43,728 bases of DNA. It comes from an uncultured Methanosarcinales archaeon (GTDB taxonomy: Archaea; Nanobdellota; Nanobdellia; Woesearchaeales; GW2011-AR9). Below the pieces are notes generated by a model. It did not search any database. It was not told the DNA's origin and worked only from the letters and a program-made list of their open reading frames with translations. Position 1 is the stretch's first letter. Each line of letters opens with the position of its first letter. Shown here piece after piece: positions 23,119-31,123 of this stretch. Location: contig CAZRHO010000001.1 of assembly GCA_964599955.1 (NCBI GenBank), positions 296-44,023 on the forward strand, in the 5' to 3' direction. The translations under genes and the position numbers were made by a program.

Positions 23119-23180
23119 AATGAGATATGACGACGAAGAAGAACAAGGAGATTTTTCAGATTTAATTAACGTGAAATAAG

Positions 23181-23312
23181 ATGGCAAAGAAAAAACTATC
23201 TAAATACAACAAGTTTATGAAAACTTGTTTGAAAGGAAACATTAAAGGTAAATCCAAATCGCAACGTAAATCAACATTTATGACTTGTGTTAGGAAATGG
23301 AGAAAGAAATAA
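23181..23312 (+). CDS. small very basic protein (43 aa)
   Basis: Read from the sequence: MAKKKLSKYNKFMKTCLKGNIKGKSKSQRKSTFMTCVRKWRKK. Confidence 0.4.
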   Translation: MAKKKLSKYNKFMKTCLKGNIKGKSKSQRKSTFMTCVRKWRKK

Positions 23313-23539
23313 TGGGATGTGGCAAATGCGAAAATTGTGAAAATTATGCTAACATAGTTTCAAACCCATTTTATAACGAATCTGTGAATAACTTTCAAAC
23401 AATGGCTCAAACGGATGCTAATTATCAAAGACCTACACGAATGAACGAAGGCAAAGAATATGGTTTAGTTGCTATCGGTTTAGTAGGGGCTATGGCTTTA
23501 TACTTATTACTGAAAAAGAAGAAACGGAGGAAAAGATAA
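23312..23539 (+). CDS. tail-anchored membrane protein with N-terminal MGCGKCENC
   Basis: Internal ATG of track ORF 23297..23539, at a TAATG overlap. C-terminal TM followed by KKKKRRKR. Confidence 0.5.
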   Translation: MGCGKCENCENYANIVSNPFYNESVNNFQTMAQTDANYQRPTRMNEGKEYGLVAIGLVGAMALYLLLKKKKRRKR

Positions 23540-23540
23540 A

Positions 23541-23693
23541 ATGGGATGTGGAGATTGTAAAGCAATAGCAGTACCTGGAAATTATGCACGAGTTGGTGGA
23601 AGTAGTAGACCTTCATCATCAGGAACAGGGGCTGGAGTAGCAATAGGAATATTAGGAGTAGGATTTTTAGCATACCTATTGACAAAGAAATAA
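23541..23693 (+). CDS. tail-anchored membrane protein with N-terminal MGCGDC (50 aa)
   Basis: Read from the sequence. Paralogous architecture to 23312..23539. Confidence 0.45.
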   Translation: MGCGDCKAIAVPGNYARVGGSSRPSSSGTGAGVAIGILGVGFLAYLLTKK

Positions 23694-23694
23694 A

Positions 23695-24030
23695 ATGGTA
23701 AAAAAATTATCTTCGGACTTTAGTAAAGCTTGTCAAATACTTGCTGGAAACAAAGCAGATATAGGAAAGAAAGATTTGCGTTGTGGTCTTGGTTGGTTAG
23801 ATACCCTTCGTATAACTAAAGGAGACAAGAGAAATAATCTTTCTGTTTCATTAGGTACTGGTATATCTTGGTTAAGAGATATTGATAGAATAAATTTCAG
23901 AAAAAACAAACACGGAAATGTAGATACCATTGTTTTTACAGCAAAAAATAAATGTTCAATAGAATTATCAAAAAGTGGAAAAAATATTGGAACAAAAGCA
24001 ACGTGTGATAATTTAATCACAAAATTTTAA
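23695..24030 (+). CDS. four-Cys small protein (family-B-like)
   Basis: Track ORF. Two Cys pairs (C-x16-C twice) at the N- and C-terminal ends. Confidence 0.5.
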   Translation: MVKKLSSDFSKACQILAGNKADIGKKDLRCGLGWLDTLRITKGDKRNNLSVSLGTGISWLRDIDRINFRKNKHGNVDTIVFTAKNKCSIELSKSGKNIGTKATCDNLITKF

Positions 24031-24031
24031 A

Positions 24032-24292
24032 ATGAATGTACAGACATCTTTTGATAAAGGACACGCACATTTACTTTTCGTAGAGAGTGTAGAAGTGGAT
24101 GGAAAACCTTTTTGGATAGGTCATACCACCCACGTTTTATTAGAAGATGGAACTTTAGTAAGAGGACACATTCATTCTTTTAACGATTGGGAAGACAACA
24201 TTATAGATAATAATGGTAATTCAAGAACGGAATCTTCCAAATCAGAAAGGTCCAAAGGCAATCATTCTCACAACGTACACTTATTCTTTTAA
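24032..24292 (+). CDS. His-rich hypothetical protein
   Basis: Track ORF. Contains GHAH, GHTTH, GHIH and NHSHNVH clusters. Confidence 0.5.
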   Translation: MNVQTSFDKGHAHLLFVESVEVDGKPFWIGHTTHVLLEDGTLVRGHIHSFNDWEDNIIDNNGNSRTESSKSERSKGNHSHNVHLFF

Positions 24293-24471
24293 ATTAATTT
24301 AAATTTATCTATTGAGAAACCAACATCTCTTTTATTTTGAATTAAGTAATCTATTAAATCAGAAATACTATCAAAATAAACGTCATTCTCAACTTCAACT
24401 AAAGATTTGATTTGTTTTAATCTTTTATAGGTGTCCTTTTTAATCTTAATGTTATGCCAGTTTAAAGCCAT
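24289..24471 (-). CDS. possible ribbon-helix-helix DNA-binding protein
   Basis: Track ORF. NIKIKKDTYKRLKQIK (strand plus helix) ... SISDLIDYLIQ (helix). A TATA-like box lies about 27 nt upstream on the minus strand. Confidence 0.45.
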   Translation of the reverse strand: MALNWHNIKIKKDTYKRLKQIKSLVEVENDVYFDSISDLIDYLIQNKRDVGFSIDKFKLI

Positions 24472-24550
24472 ATAAAGTAGTAATGTTCTACAACCATTTA
24501 AATATTACCATTTCATATAAATATTATTAAATTAACGGAGTTGATATAAT

Positions 24551-24640
24551 ATGGCAAGACGAAGAAAACGAAAATGTAAATTTGGTGTTTCCAAAACAAC
24601 TGGGAAATGTCTAAAAAGCAAAAGAGCAAGGAGAAGATAA
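24551..24640 (+). CDS. protamine-like basic peptide (29 aa)
   Basis: MARRRKRKCKFGVSKTTGKCLKSKRARRR. Confidence 0.4.
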   Translation: MARRRKRKCKFGVSKTTGKCLKSKRARRR

Positions 24641-24641
24641 G

Positions 24642-24845
24642 ATGGCTACTGCAAGAGGATGTAAGAAGGTAGGAAAAGGAAAACCAAAAAAACGTGGTGG
24701 ACCTTGCGGACCTAAACTTAAAAGGAAAAAATCATCTAAACGTAAATCAAAAAAATACGCAAGAGGAAAAGGTAAAGGTGGAAGTGATGATTGCCGAGAT
24801 TCAAAGGGAGAATTCATTCCAACACCAGCTTGTACAGGTCGTTAA
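24642..24845 (+). CDS. very basic K/R/G-rich protein
   Basis: Track ORF. It starts 1 nt after the upstream stop and is followed by a long T-rich terminator. Confidence 0.5.
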   Translation: MATARGCKKVGKGKPKKRGGPCGPKLKRKKSSKRKSKKYARGKGKGGSDDCRDSKGEFIPTPACTGR

Positions 24846-24848
24846 TTA

Positions 24849-24869
24849 TTTTTTTCTTTTTTCTTTTTT
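24849..24869 (+). terminator. long T-rich terminator
   Basis: TTTTTTTCTTTTTTCTTTTTT after the stop at 24845. Confidence 0.5.
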
Positions 24870-24885
24870 ATTATAATAATTTAAG

Positions 24886-25008
24886 ATGGCGAAGAAATGT
24901 AAGAAGTATGTGTACAAACCAAGATTAGTTTGCATTAAATTTAAAAAGCCACGTTCTAAAGGTTGTAAGAAGAAGGCAGTTAGAAAAATAAGAGTTTGTA
25001 AGATTTAA
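24886..25008 (+). CDS. very basic Cys-containing peptide (40 aa)
   Basis: MAKKCKKYVYKPRLVCIKFKKPRSKGCKKKAVRKIRVCKI. Confidence 0.4.
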   Translation: MAKKCKKYVYKPRLVCIKFKKPRSKGCKKKAVRKIRVCKI

Positions 25009-25760
25009 AAGTTTTTTATTAATAGTTCTTTTACAGGTTTACATTTACCAAGAGGACCAGCTGTCATTCCATAACAGAAATCAATCTTTTTAATATTTAA
25101 TCCCTTACATTCTTTTCTAACGTCAGGGTGGTCATCATAACTAATAATTACTTTAGATTTAGTTTTTTTAGCAAAGGAACATATTTGTTTAGCAGTAACT
25201 CCTTCTTTCCTATAATTGAATGATTTTTTAACATAAGGGGGGTCTAAATAACAAACATCCTTTTTAGTTTTACAATGTTTTTTAACAACTTTCTTCCAGT
25301 CTTGATTTAATATTGTTGTTTTCTTTAACTTTTGTTTATAATCTTCACACCTATTCTTAATATTTGATAATTTTGATTTTTTATGAGAATAACCATTTTC
25401 ACAAAAACCAGCATAAGACTTTGCGTGGGAAGTTACCCATTCACAAGAACTTTTTTGTTTTTTCTTACATATATTTTTGAATTTACTTTTTGAAACATTA
25501 GCATTACACTTTTGAAGTTTCTTACAATTTACCTTACGGAATTTTTTATATTGTTTAATTAGAGGTTTGTGCATATCGTTAATAACTCTCTTTTTCGCTT
25601 TTTCTTCTCTCCAATATATACTTCCACCCCCTACAAAAGGTTCTACGTAAGTATCATATTCTTTAGGAAACTCTTTTAGAATTTTCTTGGAAACTCTTGA
25701 TTTACCACCAGGATAACTTACCATAGGGGGTAAACTTGTCTTTATTTTCTTTCCCATCAT
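25005..25760 (-). CDS. dam: DNA adenine methyltransferase, D12 (Dam, alpha) class
   Basis: YPGGKSR, VEPFVGGGSIY (motif I), INDMHKPLIKQY and LDPPYVKK (motif IV), in alpha-class order. Confidence 0.85.
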   Translation of the reverse strand: MMGKKIKTSLPPMVSYPGGKSRVSKKILKEFPKEYDTYVEPFVGGGSIYWREEKAKKRVINDMHKPLIKQYKKFRKVNCKKLQKCNANVSKSKFKNICKKKQKSSCEWVTSHAKSYAGFCENGYSHKKSKLSNIKNRCEDYKQKLKKTTILNQDWKKVVKKHCKTKKDVCYLDPPYVKKSFNYRKEGVTAKQICSFAKKTKSKVIISYDDHPDVRKECKGLNIKKIDFCYGMTAGPLGKCKPVKELLIKNF

Positions 25761-25972
25761 ATATCTGGCTTCTCCATTGATGTTTCAATCAAATAGATTG
25801 CTAGAAGGGTTGCACTAAAACTTATTGCAGAAGCCAATATAAGTGAACTCACATCTGCACTTTTCCCCTTTTTTAACCTACTACTCAATAATATTGCACC
25901 AACTCCTGAAGCCACCCCACTTAAAATAGAGAAAGTTGTAAGTGCATATTCATTAGCTATTGTTTTACCCAT
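25757..25972 (-). CDS. small membrane protein (2 TM)
   Basis: Track ORF. ATGA overlap with dam. Driven by the conserved leaderless promoter (minus-strand copy). Confidence 0.55.
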   Translation of the reverse strand: MGKTIANEYALTTFSILSGVASGVGAILLSSRLKKGKSADVSSLILASAISFSATLLAIYLIETSMEKPDI

Positions 25973-26004
25973 AGAAAAATTAGTGATTTCTTAATATATA
26001 AAAC
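25973..26004 (-). promoter_or_regulatory. conserved TATA-box leaderless promoter (copy 3, minus strand)
   Basis: The reverse complement reads GTTTTATATATTAAGAAATCACTAATTTTTCT, then ATG (25972). Confidence 0.6.
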
Positions 26005-26018
26005 TTACGATTACAAAA

Positions 26019-26049
26019 GGTTTTTATATTATTAAAACAAACATTTTTT
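26019..26049 (+). promoter_or_regulatory. TATA-box promoter of the CCA-like nucleotidyltransferase gene (divergent partner)
   Basis: GGTTTTTATATTATTAAAACAAACATTTTTT, then ATG 26050. Confidence 0.5.
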
Positions 26050-27105
26050 ATGAATCTTATACCCACAAATAAAGAAGTAAAGATAGTTCAAAGCCAAATC
26101 AATGAAATAAAATTACAATTAAACAAGATTGGTGGTTTTTCTAAAGTGGTGGCTGGTGGTTCTACTGCAAAAAACACGTTTTTATCAGGAGATACGGATA
26201 TTGATTTATTTATTATAACTAATGACATTACTCCTTTGTTTAATAAGTTAAAAAGGAAATATAAGTCAGGAAAGGATAAATCTGGAGATTTAACTATTTG
26301 GAACACAATAATTAATGGGTATGATATTGATTTTGTATTAATTAATCCATCTTATACTAAAAAGTGGTTCACATTAGACCACACAACATATTATAATAAA
26401 CATTTAACAAAGAAACAAAAAGATGATGTAGTTATATTAAAAGCATTATTTAAAACAGGAATAGGGTACGGAGCAGAGAATGGAGGTGTTACTGGTGTTG
26501 CTTTGGAAGAGGCAGTAAGGAAATTTGGAAGTGCTAAAAATGTTTGTAAAGTTATATTGAAAGAAAAATCTCCCTTTTGGGTGCAAGACCCTTCTGCTAA
26601 AAAGAAAAATATTAAAAGAAATTTGTTTGCTTCAATAAATCAAAATAAATGGGGATTGATGAATGATTCTTGTAATCATTTTATAAAAACAAATAAAGTC
26701 GTATTTAAAAGACCAACAGCAGAAAGATTTAGTTCTAAAATGGAGAAAAAAGGATGGACTTGTGTTACTAAAAAAGCAACAGGAAGAAAAGACAAGGATT
26801 TCCAAAAAGGACAATCAACTTGTTTAAAGGTATGTAGGGTTGCAAGGAGTAAAGAAAAAGAAATTAAATTATGTAAATGTGATGCTTATACTGATGGGAA
26901 AAAAACATCTGTTTGTTTTATTGATAAACCAAAAAAGCTAACAAAGAAAAGAAAGGAATGTGTTTCAAATAGAGCAAGTAATTTTCATAAAGAATCATTT
27001 AAAAAGAAAAACCCTGATTATTTTATTGATAAATCTAAAAAGTTATGTGTATTCAAAAAAAGGAAGTTTTCAGATGTAACTAAATATATAAAAGAAAAGA
27101 TTTAA
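26050..27105 (+). CDS. class-I (archaeal-type) CCA-adding-enzyme-like nucleotidyltransferase with K/C-rich C-terminal region
   Basis: GGSTAKNTFLSGDTDIDLFI (GS...DxD), YDIDFVLI (third carboxylate), DHTTYYNKHL and ILKALFKTGIGYGAENGGVTGVALEEAV parallel the head and neck of archaeal CCA enzymes. Confidence 0.68.
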   Translation: MNLIPTNKEVKIVQSQINEIKLQLNKIGGFSKVVAGGSTAKNTFLSGDTDIDLFIITNDITPLFNKLKRKYKSGKDKSGDLTIWNTIINGYDIDFVLINPSYTKKWFTLDHTTYYNKHLTKKQKDDVVILKALFKTGIGYGAENGGVTGVALEEAVRKFGSAKNVCKVILKEKSPFWVQDPSAKKKNIKRNLFASINQNKWGLMNDSCNHFIKTNKVVFKRPTAERFSSKMEKKGWTCVTKKATGRKDKDFQKGQSTCLKVCRVARSKEKEIKLCKCDAYTDGKKTSVCFIDKPKKLTKKRKECVSNRASNFHKESFKKKNPDYFIDKSKKLCVFKKRKFSDVTKYIKEKI

Positions 27106-27130
27106 ATATTAAGAAAACACCATTTTTTCT
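27101..27130 (+). promoter_or_regulatory. conserved TATA-box leaderless promoter (copy 4)
   Basis: TTTAAATATTAAGAAAACACCATTTTTTCT, then ATG 27131. Confidence 0.55.
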
Positions 27131-27622
27131 ATGGCTAAAAGTCTTGATGATTTTAATAAACGAGGAGTTCTTTCTAATCTCCTTGCTATTGAAGAACATT
27201 TGGTAGGAAATAACGAGATTGCTATAAATCAATGGTGTGCAAAGAAACATTACCTTTTAGGAAGGTATCATCACGGATTTGAGTTACAGCAAATCAATGA
27301 AACAAAAGACCCTACGTTAGCAAAGAAGGTAGGGGGGTTTAATTCTAAATGGGATAACTTAATGGAAAAAAATCCAACTGCTTCGGATATTAGAGATTTA
27401 AGGAATGAGTTTAGAGAAATTATCAAGGATAAGACATTAGATTGTAAAAATAAGGTTTGTAAGTTAGATAGATTAAAACCAAAAGAGGATGTGGAAGAGG
27501 AAGAAGAGGAAACAACTTTAGAGGTTAGTGATGACAAAAAGGAAAAAAGCAAGGCTTTAATTGTTATCAGTATTTTGGCTGGTGCTGGATTGATAGCTTA
27601 TATGGGTTACAAATTCGCATAA
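27131..27622 (+). CDS. tail-anchored membrane protein
   Basis: Track ORF with the conserved leaderless promoter. Acidic linker EEEEEE, then C-terminal TM ALIVISILAGAGLIAYMGY. Confidence 0.6.
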   Translation: MAKSLDDFNKRGVLSNLLAIEEHLVGNNEIAINQWCAKKHYLLGRYHHGFELQQINETKDPTLAKKVGGFNSKWDNLMEKNPTASDIRDLRNEFREIIKDKTLDCKNKVCKLDRLKPKEDVEEEEEETTLEVSDDKKEKSKALIVISILAGAGLIAYMGYKFA

Positions 27623-27628
27623 GAATAT

Positions 27629-27647
27629 AACCAAAACATTTATATAT
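27629..27647 (+). promoter_or_regulatory. BRE/TATA element identical to copy 2
   Basis: AACCAAAACATTTATATAT is a 19-nt exact match to 19461-19479. Here the ATG (27706) lies about 59 nt downstream. Confidence 0.5.
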
Positions 27648-27705
27648 GACAAAAACAAACTTTTTTTTACAAAACAATAAATAAATTGTGAGGTTAAGAA
27701 ATAAA

Positions 27706-28155
27706 ATGGCAAAAGCAGATATTTTACCAGTAGTAGGTGGTGGAGTTGCAGGTCTTGGTGTTGGAGTTTTAGGAGATTGGGTTTCCAATAAGTATCCTCA
27801 AAAATCAGCAGATGGGAAAACAACTTACCAACCAAAGGACAAAGATTTTTCATACTTTAAAGATAAGTCTTTACTAATTAACGCAGGTGTTGGAGTATTA
27901 GGACTTGTAGCAATGAGTATGCAAAGAAACTTTGGAATTTCAAGTGATGTAGCTTTAGGAGCAGGAGTAGCAGGAACAGTAGCTTTAACAAAAGCAATTG
28001 GTCGTGTTTACAGTGTAATGCAAGAAAAAGATTCAACATCTGGAAATGAATGGGCTAACTATGCACGTCAAAGAGCAATGCAACAGCATTACGCTTACCG
28101 AAGAGCAAGTTTACCAAACACACAAATTGAATCAGGCTTATTTAACATTAAATAA
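27706..28155 (+). CDS. Gly-rich membrane protein
   Basis: Internal ATG of track ORF 27688..28155. MAKADILPVVGGGVAGLGVGVLG... Confidence 0.6.
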   Translation: MAKADILPVVGGGVAGLGVGVLGDWVSNKYPQKSADGKTTYQPKDKDFSYFKDKSLLINAGVGVLGLVAMSMQRNFGISSDVALGAGVAGTVALTKAIGRVYSVMQEKDSTSGNEWANYARQRAMQQHYAYRRASLPNTQIESGLFNIK

Positions 28156-28240
28156 GTTAACAAAAAAAAATATGACCGATTCGCAACGCTAACCCTTAAA
28201 TAAGGAAGGTAGAGATTGATTGGTCAGGAGAAGATATAAA

Positions 28241-28738
28241 ATGCCAGTAGCAGATTTACAGTTGAAGGGATATGCCCTTCAGGCAGTGCAGAAAGCACTC
28301 CAAATGATTAGCCAAAAGGCTCAAACAACTTTAGGAAGTGATTTTGAATTACGTGATATGCGACCTCAAGATTTAACTTTCACCAACCCAACCTTTAGCT
28401 TCAGTTTAACAGCAACAAGCAGTTATCACGCTATTGTTGATGACGGAACTATTGGAAACAACCGATGGATTGCTATCTACGGATTACGAACAAACCAAAC
28501 AGCAGAATTAATTTCAGGATTAAAAGTAACTGCTGGTGGTGCATTGAAAATGGATAGAAACATTGAGTGGGTATCAGCAACTCAAGATAAATCCCTTTAC
28601 TTTGACCCAGTTATCGTAGAGCAAAACACTCTGATTAAGATTGAAGGTTACAACGTAGGAACAACCACCGATACAGGTTACGTTTTAGTTTTCTTGGGAA
28701 TTGTAGCAGAGAAGAAAGGACAAGTTCTTGCACCATAA
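28241..28738 (+). CDS. beta-rich putative virion structural protein (capsid candidate)
   Basis: Internal ATG of track ORF 28220..28738, with CAGGAG upstream. Visibly less AT-rich codon usage than neighbours. A long oligo-T terminator lies downstream. Confidence 0.45.
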   Translation: MPVADLQLKGYALQAVQKALQMISQKAQTTLGSDFELRDMRPQDLTFTNPTFSFSLTATSSYHAIVDDGTIGNNRWIAIYGLRTNQTAELISGLKVTAGGALKMDRNIEWVSATQDKSLYFDPVIVEQNTLIKIEGYNVGTTTDTGYVLVFLGIVAEKKGQVLAP

Positions 28739-28748
28739 GTGCATTAAC

Positions 28749-28773
28749 TTTTTTTTTATTTTTTTATTTTTTT
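28749..28773 (+). terminator. long T-rich terminator
   Basis: T9-A-T7-A-T7 after the stop at 28738. Confidence 0.5.
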
Positions 28774-28817
28774 GACCTCATTGGTCACACACACAAAAAC
28801 ATACGAGGTAACGTAAA

Positions 28818-29321
28818 ATGGGAAATTACATAGATTATGAGAAAGGTTTCGCTGTTGGAGATGTTCTTAAAGTTAGGAATTGTTTTATGCGTATTAAAGG
28901 CAAAGACAGCATAAGAATTTACAAGGACTTTGATTCAACAGCGACAGGGGTTACAAGTTCAGATACTTCAATTGACGAACTTAATCCAAAATATGGTACA
29001 GAAATATACCAAATAGTTCAAGTAGTACCTTCACACAATGTTCAAGTGTTTGTTAAACAACCAGCTTCAACATTAAGATGGGGAACAAATCTTGCACCTT
29101 CTATTGGATTTGTATCTGATAGAATTAGTTCTTATGATGGTGGAGAAACAAATAACATCTTCATAACAAACTACCAACAACCAGTTCTTCAAGTTAAAAA
29201 TACAACTTTGAAAACTATTTCAGCACCAAGAGTATTCTTTTTCGGTTGGAAATACCAAATTGAAGAATTAAAAGATTATTCAGGAGCGTACACACCAGTT
29301 CAGTACGGAGGGTTTGATTAA
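28818..29321 (+). CDS. beta-rich putative virion structural protein
   Basis: Track ORF with GAGGT upstream. The sequence alternates hydrophobic and polar residues. Confidence 0.45.
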   Translation: MGNYIDYEKGFAVGDVLKVRNCFMRIKGKDSIRIYKDFDSTATGVTSSDTSIDELNPKYGTEIYQIVQVVPSHNVQVFVKQPASTLRWGTNLAPSIGFVSDRISSYDGGETNNIFITNYQQPVLQVKNTTLKTISAPRVFFFGWKYQIEELKDYSGAYTPVQYGGFD

Positions 29322-29323
29322 AA

Positions 29324-29764
29324 ATGGGACTTAAAAAACAAATAACTTCATTTGATAGAACAGAAGAGTATGATTCAGTTTTATCAACTTGGAAAAGGAA
29401 AATTAAACCTAACAATTTAATGAACCTTACAACTGCAGTAACAACGACTACAACTGGAGATGTTTCTTTAATAACCACAGTAGTTGGTGCTAACGAAGAA
29501 GTTTACATTTATGGTGTATCATCAGCAATTGGAACATCAGGGATTGCTTTAGCAATTCAGGTAGATAGTGCAAACGTATTTACAATTAATTCAAATATGT
29601 CAAACACTTTATCAAATCCAGATGCACCAATTGCAGTAGTTCAAGCAAGTTCAACAATTGGTTTGGTGGTATTAGAAACAACTGTAACTGACGAAACATT
29701 CATTGTAAATTTAGTTGCAAAGATTGAACCATTACCAGCAAAAGCTGAACCACAATTAGGTTAA
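29324..29764 (+). CDS. beta-rich putative virion structural protein
   Basis: Track ORF. T/V/A/S-rich. Followed by a long oligo-T terminator. Confidence 0.45.
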   Translation: MGLKKQITSFDRTEEYDSVLSTWKRKIKPNNLMNLTTAVTTTTTGDVSLITTVVGANEEVYIYGVSSAIGTSGIALAIQVDSANVFTINSNMSNTLSNPDAPIAVVQASSTIGLVVLETTVTDETFIVNLVAKIEPLPAKAEPQLG

Positions 29765-29770
29765 AATTAA

Positions 29771-29795
29771 TTTTTCTTTTTTTTCTTTTTCTTTT
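29771..29795 (+). terminator. long T-rich terminator
   Basis: TTTTTCTTTTTTTTCTTTTTCTTTT after the stop at 29764. Confidence 0.5.
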
Positions 29796-29804
29796 AGTAG
29801 CAAC

Positions 29805-29843
29805 AATAGTTTTATATAGTAAGAGATTTCTTGGTGTTGTATA
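29805..29843 (+). promoter_or_regulatory. TATA-box promoter of the RHH / glycosylation operon
   Basis: TTTATATA at 29811-29818 ends 26 nt before ATG 29844, immediately after an oligo-T terminator. Confidence 0.5.
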
Positions 29844-29972
29844 ATGCCTCAAATAACAATAAAGTTTATTCCAGATGATTTAGATAAAAGAATTAGGATT
29901 TTTATGATTCAGGAAGATTTCTCCAGGAAAGACGAAGCAATAGTAGAGGCATTAGAGAGGTTTTTCAAATGA
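29844..29972 (+). CDS. ribbon-helix-helix (CopG/Arc-like) small regulator (42 aa)
   Basis: Read from the sequence: MPQITIKFIPDDLDKRIRIFMIQEDFSRKDEAIVEALERFFK (strand-helix-helix). A TATA box lies 26 nt upstream. ATGA overlap with the first glycosyltransferase. Confidence 0.5.
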   Translation: MPQITIKFIPDDLDKRIRIFMIQEDFSRKDEAIVEALERFFK

Positions 29973-31123
29973 CAAATGTAATGATATTAGGTGTAAGCCC
30001 GAACTTTTCAACAGGAATGAGTAAAATATCTAAATATTTATGGGAAGGATTAACCAAATATGAAGATTTGAATGTATATATGGTAGGGTTACAAACATTA
30101 GGTAGGCAAGAAAATAAAATGTTATTACCAGTTGATATTGATTCTTCTGGTGGGGAAAGTGTCCTTGAATGTTATATGAAAAATTATAAGATAGATGTTT
30201 TGATTACGTTATTAGATACCTATATGGATGCGTATCAATACATTCCAGAACTTGTAAAAAGAATGGGTGTTAAATGGATTTGTCATTGTAATATTAATAC
30301 TAATCCTGTTTTTCAAAGACTTTATCAAACAATCAAAACAGCAGACCATTTAATTGCACAGACAGAATTTGGAAAAGGATTATTAGACAAATTAAAATTA
30401 AATAACAATTCTGTAATTTATCACGGAGTTAATACTAAAGAATTTTATCCTAAGGCAGTTGAAAGATTAAAAGAATTTACTTTTATTGCAGTAGGAACAA
30501 ATAAGCCTGAACAAAAGAATTGGATGGGATTATTAAAATCATTTAGATATTTAATTCACAATTTAGGGGTAAAAGACGTTCATTTAAAGATAGTTAGTAA
30601 TCCTACTGAACCAGGGGGAATGGATTTTGGTCTTGCTATTGCTCAAGCAAACTTAACGGAATATGTTACAATCATTCCAACAATTAGAGATTTAGGTTTT
30701 ATGGAAAATTTAATGGGGGAATTGTATAATTCTTCTGATTGTTATGTTTCTGCTTCATTTGGAGAAGGATTTGGTTTATGTCAAGCAGAATGTTATGCGT
30801 GTGGAGTTCCATCAGTAGTTAGTGGGTTTAGTGCTATGGGGGAATTAGTTGATGATAGTAAATCTGGTTATAAATCTGAATACGAATTATATCCTCTTGT
30901 TAAATTAATTGCTGAACAAGGTATTCCTAATACTATTGATTTTGCAGAGAAAATGAAAAAGATTAAGGAACTTCCAAAAGAAGAATATGAAAAACTTTCT
31001 TTAAATGGTGTTGAGTGGGCTAATAAGAATACGTGGGAAAAGATTATTCCTAAATGGTACGACGTAATTAAGAAAGTTGATGTTACAAAAAACGATTATG
31101 AAACAGGGGAGATTGGAATATGA
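29969..31123 (+). CDS. glycosyltransferase, GT-B fold (GT4/GT1-like)
   Basis: SASFGEGFGLCQAECYACGVPSVVS (E-x7-E region). Confidence 0.8.
   Translation: MTNVMILGVSPNFSTGMSKISKYLWEGLTKYEDLNVYMVGLQTLGRQENKMLLPVDIDSSGGESVLECYMKNYKIDVLITLLDTYMDAYQYIPELVKRMGVKWICHCNINTNPVFQRLYQTIKTADHLIAQTEFGKGLLDKLKLNNNSVIYHGVNTKEFYPKAVERLKEFTFIAVGTNKPEQKNWMGLLKSFRYLIHNLGVKDVHLKIVSNPTEPGGMDFGLAIAQANLTEYVTIIPTIRDLGFMENLMGELYNSSDCYVSASFGEGFGLCQAECYACGVPSVVSGFSAMGELVDDSKSGYKSEYELYPLVKLIAEQGIPNTIDFAEKMKKIKELPKEEYEKLSLNGVEWANKNTWEKIIPKWYDVIKKVDVTKNDYETGEIGI

Noticed and set aside
23120-23179. A 19-aa acidic ORF (MRYDDEEEQGDFSDLINVK) after the Trx-fold gene.
   Set aside because: It follows the TAA-A-ATG pattern but is too short for any support beyond position.
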